Shown here: piece by piece, positions 59,684-64,000 of the stretch | How positions within the stretch are numbered: the stretch's first letter is position 1 | Layout: every line of letters begins with the position of its first letter | Origin: a virus | Strand: one strand, 5' to 3' | IMG/VR virus record: IMGVR_UViG_3300010234_000004 | Location: 38,603-102,602 of that record | Length of the DNA: 64,000 nucleotides | Translations under genes and position numbers: made by a program | The notes under the pieces: generated by a model | Told to the model about the DNA's origin: nothing | The model's input: only the letters and a program-made list of their open reading frames with translations | The model's database searches: none

Positions 59684-60662
59684 CTCTACACCAAGCATCG
59701 ACTTGCTTTATTAATTTCATAAACTCATCTTTATATTTATCTCCAATTATACCACACTTTGCACGCCATTGCAACACAATCTCTTCAAGTTTTTCCTTTG
59801 GTACATTTTTGAGCGATAGGTGTTTAGGGTATATCACCGTATTGAATGCCAGATAGATATAACGATCCTCACAGAACTCCACGAAATCTTCCATTTCTTC
59901 ATAGTTATTGACCATCGGACAAACCTGTATAACCAATTCGCGGTGATGCTGATGACAAATGTCAACAAACTCATCAACATTGGCCATAAGCTTTTTGAAA
60001 TTTCCGTTTACTCTGATCTGTTCATATCGCTCAGGAATCAGGCTATCGATGCTGATATTCAAGTGAATGTTACACGTAACCATGAACTTCCTTACAACCC
60101 TGTTGAGTACCGATCCGTTGGTCGCTATTACTACTTTCAGCGTCGGGTTGATTTCGGCCACTGCATCTAAAATCTTATGGACGATCTTCTGAAGGAACGG
60201 CTCGCCTCCATTTATTCGTAACTCGCTTAGATGTGGAATGAACTCACGCATCTGCACAACGAAAGAATCGTCATACATCATTTTTTGAGGCGGTAGCTTA
60301 TCTCTATTCTTCCGGATGCCAGAACTCAACTGACCCCAGCACATCACACACTCAAGATTACATTGATTGCTCAACTCCAATTCAATGACTGATGGATAAT
60401 CATTCATCGGATATCCCGAATACGCGTCCGACAGTGTTGGGATTTTGTGGAGCATGTCTTTACTACATTCTCCACACCGACCCATGCTGTAGTCATTTTC
60501 AATCAGGGTACTTCGATAATTATCGAAGAAGTCACCATTCCAAATATCCATCAGTGAATTATCACCCGACCAGACAGGTGATTCCTCCATGGATTTCCAA
60601 CATGGTGATACACGTCCAAGAACGTCGATATACATATTTATGAATGGCGCTCTACATGTCAT
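59661..60662 (-). CDS. Radical SAM protein with N-terminal SPASM/twitch-like domain
   Basis: CRAPF..GRVSPC..CGEC; CNLECVMC; GGEPF; TNG. Confidence 0.85.
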   Translation of the reverse strand: MTCRAPFINMYIDVLGRVSPCWKSMEESPVWSGDNSLMDIWNGDFFDNYRSTLIENDYSMGRCGECSKDMLHKIPTLSDAYSGYPMNDYPSVIELELSNQCNLECVMCWGQLSSGIRKNRDKLPPQKMMYDDSFVVQMREFIPHLSELRINGGEPFLQKIVHKILDAVAEINPTLKVVIATNGSVLNRVVRKFMVTCNIHLNISIDSLIPERYEQIRVNGNFKKLMANVDEFVDICHQHHRELVIQVCPMVNNYEEMEDFVEFCEDRYIYLAFNTVIYPKHLSLKNVPKEKLEEIVLQWRAKCGIIGDKYKDEFMKLIKQVDAWCRDDKNDHY

Positions 60663-61312
60663 CTAATGGTGTACCCATGGCCATATGAGTGCTTGGCTAT
60701 ACACCCCCGATCCTTCTGAATCGTGGTGAAATGGTCCCGTGCTTCCACAGGCCATGGGTACAACTCCTTTAGGTCAGAGAAGCGGTCTAAGTGGAAGAAT
60801 AGGTCAGTTGGTGCAGCCTCATTATGAGCCTTATTAAGAGCCTCAGTGGCCCCTTTGGGCGTCATGTAATACGCGTGCGCTCCTGGGAAATATCTCTTCG
60901 ATACCAATGGCCCAACACCTAAAACAGACGGCTGGTTGAATTTACCATATGAGGGTTTACCCAAAGAGATGATATCTCCTGAGAATGTTTCGGGATGAAA
61001 TCCAGCAACAAAATACGCATCATGCTCCAGTATCAAGGCAGGCTCTCCCATCGTATTGATATGAGTCCACACGGAACGGTGGCTCAAAAATGCCGCCATA
61101 CATCTATCACGTCTGGAGTAGACGTCACCATCAACATCAAAAGCCCTTGTAACTAGGCCAAGATTATCAAAAAGCTTGGCGGGGTCATCAGATGGTGTAA
61201 TTGCCGACCATTTTTCCACGTCGACCCCATATCGCATACCCGACCTGATACATCTATTAGCGGCCTGAACCGACTCTTCCATCGAATCTATTGTAATCAC
61301 ATAAGCTTTCAT
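60659..61312 (-). CDS. GT25-family glycosyltransferase
   Basis: KAYVITI; AAFLSH; LILEHDA; GAHAY. Confidence 0.8.
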   Translation of the reverse strand: MKAYVITIDSMEESVQAANRCIRSGMRYGVDVEKWSAITPSDDPAKLFDNLGLVTRAFDVDGDVYSRRDRCMAAFLSHRSVWTHINTMGEPALILEHDAYFVAGFHPETFSGDIISLGKPSYGKFNQPSVLGVGPLVSKRYFPGAHAYYMTPKGATEALNKAHNEAAPTDLFFHLDRFSDLKELYPWPVEARDHFTTIQKDRGCIAKHSYGHGYTIR

Positions 61313-61875
61313 CGACTATCGCTCCCTAAAATATCCGCCATGGTGTTATGCCATTTCACACCAGGATGTTCGTTGTCTGTACCGTAATCACCCATTAGGT
61401 GGTGATTTACTGATTCGTTACTACTCTCCACAAGATCGATCCCATTAGCATCACAAAATGAATGAAGCATCAACTGATTCTTTTGACGTAAATATTCACG
61501 CCAGTTGTCATTATCCAACGCCTCAAATGCTTTATGATGAGGCATGATGATAATGTCTCTGTCTCTATATAGGTGTTTCCAACCGTGGAATTCACCGTCC
61601 TCATCCAACCATTCATATCGAATCGGGAATGACCAGACTACCATTATAACACGCGGGTAGAAGTTTTCACAGTATGTAATGGCGTTCCTGAGAATCTTTT
61701 CGTTACTTGCTCCCCGCTCACCACAATTTAGAACCCCCAACTTTGATGAGAACGTCTGATCCGCCTGAACCCCCACGCCCCACGTGAATGAATCCCCAAA
61801 TGCAGCAGGGGAACCATTGATTGGTTCCCCCACACGTCGATCCCAATCGACAAAATCTTCGAAATATCTAGTCAT
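61309..61875 (-). CDS. SGNH/GDSL hydrolase-fold protein
   Basis: FGDSFTWG; NCGERGASN; DNEHPG. Confidence 0.7.
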   Translation of the reverse strand: MTRYFEDFVDWDRRVGEPINGSPAAFGDSFTWGVGVQADQTFSSKLGVLNCGERGASNEKILRNAITYCENFYPRVIMVVWSFPIRYEWLDEDGEFHGWKHLYRDRDIIIMPHHKAFEALDNDNWREYLRQKNQLMLHSFCDANGIDLVESSNESVNHHLMGDYGTDNEHPGVKWHNTMADILGSDSR

Positions 61876-62005
61876 CCAAAACGGCGTTCAAAAGGTTACG
61901 AAGTTCTTCAAGTTTCTCCCTTTGAATGAAAATGAAGGACATATCATCATCAACGATTTTCCCATCCACCACAGGCATTATAACATATCCATTATCATTT
62001 ACCAT
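61868..62005 (-). CDS. 45-aa hypothetical protein
   Basis: AAGGAG RBS; hand-translated MVNDNGYVIMPVVDG..VLDD*. Confidence 0.5.
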   Translation of the reverse strand: MVNDNGYVIMPVVDGKIVDDDMSFIFIQREKLEELRNLLNAVLDD

Positions 62006-62025
62006 TCCAATCTCTCCTTGTTATA

Positions 62026-62335
62026 AGTGACGGAATTCTGTTTCGAGGTTTCCGTCGGACCCAGAGGATTATGCAGCCAGAGCTACAGGTGCCTCATATG
62101 CGATGTTATCGTTTGCATTTACGAGTTTTGATCTGTACGTCGATCAAGCGATAATCTCCACGTTTCTCTCATACACTGTCGATCCTATTTCGCCCCCATC
62201 AAAACTACACCAATCTACCACCCTGTAGACTTCAGCCCTATTACGTATTCAGGTAGAACCCATGCATTGGCTGGTGTAGTTATGGTGGAGGCGCGGAGTA
62301 CTGCCCTCCGGTCCAGATGTATAATCGTTGGCTTC
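62026..62335 (-). ncRNA. ssrA: Circularly permuted (two-piece) tmRNA, alphaproteobacterial type
   Basis: Acceptor piece ..CGGAG-GGCAGTA-CTCCG-CGCCTCCACCA (ends 62283); 85-nt intervening hairpin; coding piece GGGGGCGAAATAGGATCGAC (starts 62197); G3.U pair; tag ANDNIAYEAPVALAA* at 62069-62116; outer ends approximate. Confidence 0.93.
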
Positions 62336-62449
62336 ATCGATTATGAAAAGCGCCCCTGTGTTGCAGGGAAGAGAATTCCAAGGCGTTATCTCACTCTTAT
62401 AAGGTTCATGCATGAAACCTTTGTCCGTCGACTACGCTTATCATAATTG

Positions 62450-62556
62450 ACGGACTCTCAGAAATCTCCACGTTTGACCCAAAGCTTTTACTACGACCAT
62501 GGATACTTTGGCAACCGCTTCAGCGACTTTCGCCCGTCAGCTATCTGAGAGTCCGT
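62450..62556 (-). ncRNA. Unidentified structured RNA
   Basis: Perfect 13-bp closing stem ACGGACTCTCAGA/TCTGAGAGTCCGT enclosing several hairpins; no ORF; strand inferred from context. Confidence 0.5.
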
Positions 62557-62810
62557 TGAGAATATTCGAATAGACTTTTTTTAGTGTCTAAACAGGCTTC
62601 TCACCCCTTAGTATCGGCCACCCGTAGGCCCGACCGAATTAGTGTGAGTGGAGTGATCAAACTCCTGAAGCAGGCCGCTCACTCGACCTTTTTGGACTCT
62701 ATGGTGGTCTTCTATAACACCTCCGACATTAACCGCGTCAGTACGACCACATTTTAGAGAAATAGTGGTAACTGTTCTCCCTGATGATCAATCAGGCGAT
62801 ACGAATTATT

Positions 62811-62897
62811 CGCGCCCCGAAGGAATTGAACCTTCCAACCTCTCCAAAGGCGAGATCGATGTTGGAGCATCGAGTCTCTTTAAGCACCATGAGGGCC
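62811..62897 (-). ncRNA. tRNA-like RNA with non-canonical arms
   Basis: T-arm GAAGG-TTCAATT-CCTTC; partial acceptor GCCCT/GGGGC; begins just downstream of a promoter. Confidence 0.5.
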
Positions 62898-62900
62898 GTT

Positions 62901-62940
62901 AATATGCATATCTTAGACTACTTATACATCGCTGTCAAGC
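62901..62940 (-). promoter_or_regulatory. Composite sigma70/late promoter, copy 1
   Basis: TTGACA-17-TAAGAT with TATAAGTA in the spacer; identical to 63154-63193. Confidence 0.75.
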
Positions 62941-62944
62941 CCTC

Positions 62945-63136
62945 TTAGTCGTGACCTTCTTCGACCTGACAAGTCAAGCTCACGACCTGTTCGCTTAGTT
63001 TCCTCTGTGTAACAAACACATTCATGAGTGTTACACACTCTTTCAAAGAGGCCACTTCCAGCGTCCGCTCTTGGAACACTTTATGGTGGTTACCTTGAGA
63101 GGCGATGACAGTGATGAGTAAAAATACCTTGATCAT
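62945..63136 (-). CDS. Small secreted/membrane hypothetical protein
   Basis: AGGAG RBS; hydrophobic N-terminus; two Cys. Confidence 0.6.
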   Translation of the reverse strand: MIKVFLLITVIASQGNHHKVFQERTLEVASLKECVTLMNVFVTQRKLSEQVVSLTCQVEEGHD

Positions 63137-63153
63137 TATCTAGTCTCCTATTG

Positions 63154-63193
63154 AATATGCATATCTTAGACTACTTATACATCGCTGTCAAGC
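63154..63193 (-). promoter_or_regulatory. Composite sigma70/late promoter, copy 2
   Basis: 40-nt exact direct repeat of 62901-62940. Confidence 0.75.
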
Positions 63194-63369
63194 TCTATAT
63201 CATCTATAATTGTTGCTTTTACCAGATTCTTAGCGGTTCGATTCACATTTATCGCTACCAAACTACACATCAGTATACTCAAATCTTTCATCTCAGAGTG
63301 GTAATTTACGGCTCTTAAACGGTAATGAGCATCATACATCCCAACCGCCCGTTTAACTGACTTCATCAT
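63175..63369 (-). CDS. Hypothetical protein with xxQV-family head (MMKSVK)
   Basis: Start lies in the conserved junction; body is not repetitive. Confidence 0.5.
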   Translation of the reverse strand: MMKSVKRAVGMYDAHYRLRAVNYHSEMKDLSILMCSLVAINVNRTAKNLVKATIIDDIELDSDV

Positions 63370-63541
63370 ACACCTGACCCCAGACCTGATCCCCGACCTG
63401 ATTCCTGACCTGACCCCAGACCCGATTCCTGACCTGATCCCCGACCTGACTCCTGACCTGATCCCTGGCCTGATTACAGACCTGTTTAGAGACCTGATTC
63501 CTGACCTGATCCCTGACCTGTTTCTTAACTGATTCCATCAT
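63353..63541 (-). CDS. xxQV-repeat mini-protein J (62 aa)
   Basis: MMESVKKQVRDQV..QVYDEVS*. Confidence 0.6.
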   Translation of the reverse strand: MMESVKKQVRDQVRNQVSKQVCNQARDQVRSQVGDQVRNRVWGQVRNQVGDQVWGQVYDEVS

Positions 63542-63689
63542 ACACCTGACCCCTGACTTCATCATACACCTGATCCTCGACCTGATTATAGACCTGATCC
63601 CAGACCTGATTACTGACCTGATCCCTGACCTGATTACAGACCTGATTACAGACCTGATTACAGACCTGTTTATAAACTGACTTCATCAT
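63525..63689 (-). CDS. xxQV-repeat mini-protein K (54 aa)
   Basis: Hand-translated MMKSVYKQVCNQVCNQV..QVYDGIS*. Confidence 0.6.
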   Translation of the reverse strand: MMKSVYKQVCNQVCNQVCNQVRDQVSNQVWDQVYNQVEDQVYDEVRGQVYDGIS

Positions 63690-63873
63690 ACACCTGACCC
63701 GCGACCTGACTACTGACCTGACCCGCGACCTGAATACTGACCTGACCCGCGACCTGACCCCAGACCTGACTACTGACCTGATTACTGACCTGATCCTCGA
63801 CCCGAATCCAGACCTGATCCTCGACCTGATTATTGATATGATTATAGACCTGATTATTGACGGATTTCATCAT
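63670..63873 (-). CDS. xxQV-repeat mini-protein L (67 aa)
   Basis: MMKSVNNQVYNH..QVYDEVSL*. Confidence 0.6.
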   Translation of the reverse strand: MMKSVNNQVYNHINNQVEDQVWIRVEDQVSNQVSSQVWGQVAGQVSIQVAGQVSSQVAGQVYDEVSL

Positions 63874-64000
63874 ACACCTGACTCCTGAGATTATAGACCT
63901 GATCCCAGACCTGATCCCCGACCTGATTCCTGACCTGATCCCATGCCTGATCCTCGACCTGACCCCAGACATGGTCCTCGACCTGAAAACAGACCTGATC
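63854..64000 (-). CDS. xxQV-repeat mini-protein M (partial, start outside window)
   Basis: ..DQVCFQVEDHVWGQV..QVYDEIRQ*. Confidence 0.55.
   Translation of the reverse strand, partial: DQVCFQVEDHVWGQVEDQAWDQVRNQVGDQVWDQVYNLRSQVYDEIRQ

Larger units (their letters stand above)
63353..64000 (-). repeat. 12-nt periodic array (CAGGTC + variable hexamer), locus 3, runs off window
   Basis: Same unit and junctions as 50683-52010. Confidence 0.95.

Noticed and set aside
62781-62810. Hammerhead ribozyme from CTGATGA on + strand
   Set aside because: No GAAA core or stem arrangement follows.
62811-62897. Canonical tRNA-Trp(CCA)
   Set aside because: Anticodon-position loop is 6 nt on an over-long stem, the acceptor stem is incomplete and there is no clear D-stem.
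50683-64000. Diversity-generating retroelement behind xxQV variation
   Set aside because: No reverse transcriptase in the window and no TR/VR pair differing only at adenines. Variation is by whole units. An RT elsewhere cannot be excluded.

Overview
This window is part of a large T4-like myovirus genome. The host is probably an alphaproteobacterium, judging by a two-piece permuted tmRNA with tag ANDNIAYEAPVALAA and a BA14K-family gene. Positions 1-46.3 kb are the late morphogenesis module on the + strand: split gp5 hub with muralytic domains, gp25, gp6, gp7, gp9-like, gp8, a VrlC-like protein, fibres, gp13-gp20, gp67/68 and gp21-gp23. It is driven by TATAA(A/G)TA late promoters and interrupted by glycosyltransferases, putative internal head proteins, an early-promoter cassette and a collagen-fibre module. 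Positions 46.5-64 kb are a mostly minus-strand accessory region with many glycosyltransferases, APS kinase, amidinotransferase, Leu/Val dehydrogenase, radical SAM, repeated stem-loop early promoters and an ncRNA cluster. Four signals stand out. (1) A D-S-[D/A] tripeptide occurs about 60 times in outward-facing virion proteins, in a window that also encodes about nine glycosyltransferase-like genes. This suggests a phage-encoded, sequon-directed virion O-glycosylation system. (2) At least 13 translationally coupled mini-genes are built from a 12-nt CAGGTC-NNNNNN repeat, encode xxQV tetrapeptide polymers at three loci, and exchange sequence. (3) Three genes between gp13 and gp14 carry T4-type capsid-targeting leaders, and one is a (p)ppGpp-hydrolase-family HD protein. 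(4) A permuted tmRNA lies next to unexplained structured RNAs. All calls come from motif reading and synteny; no database search was run.
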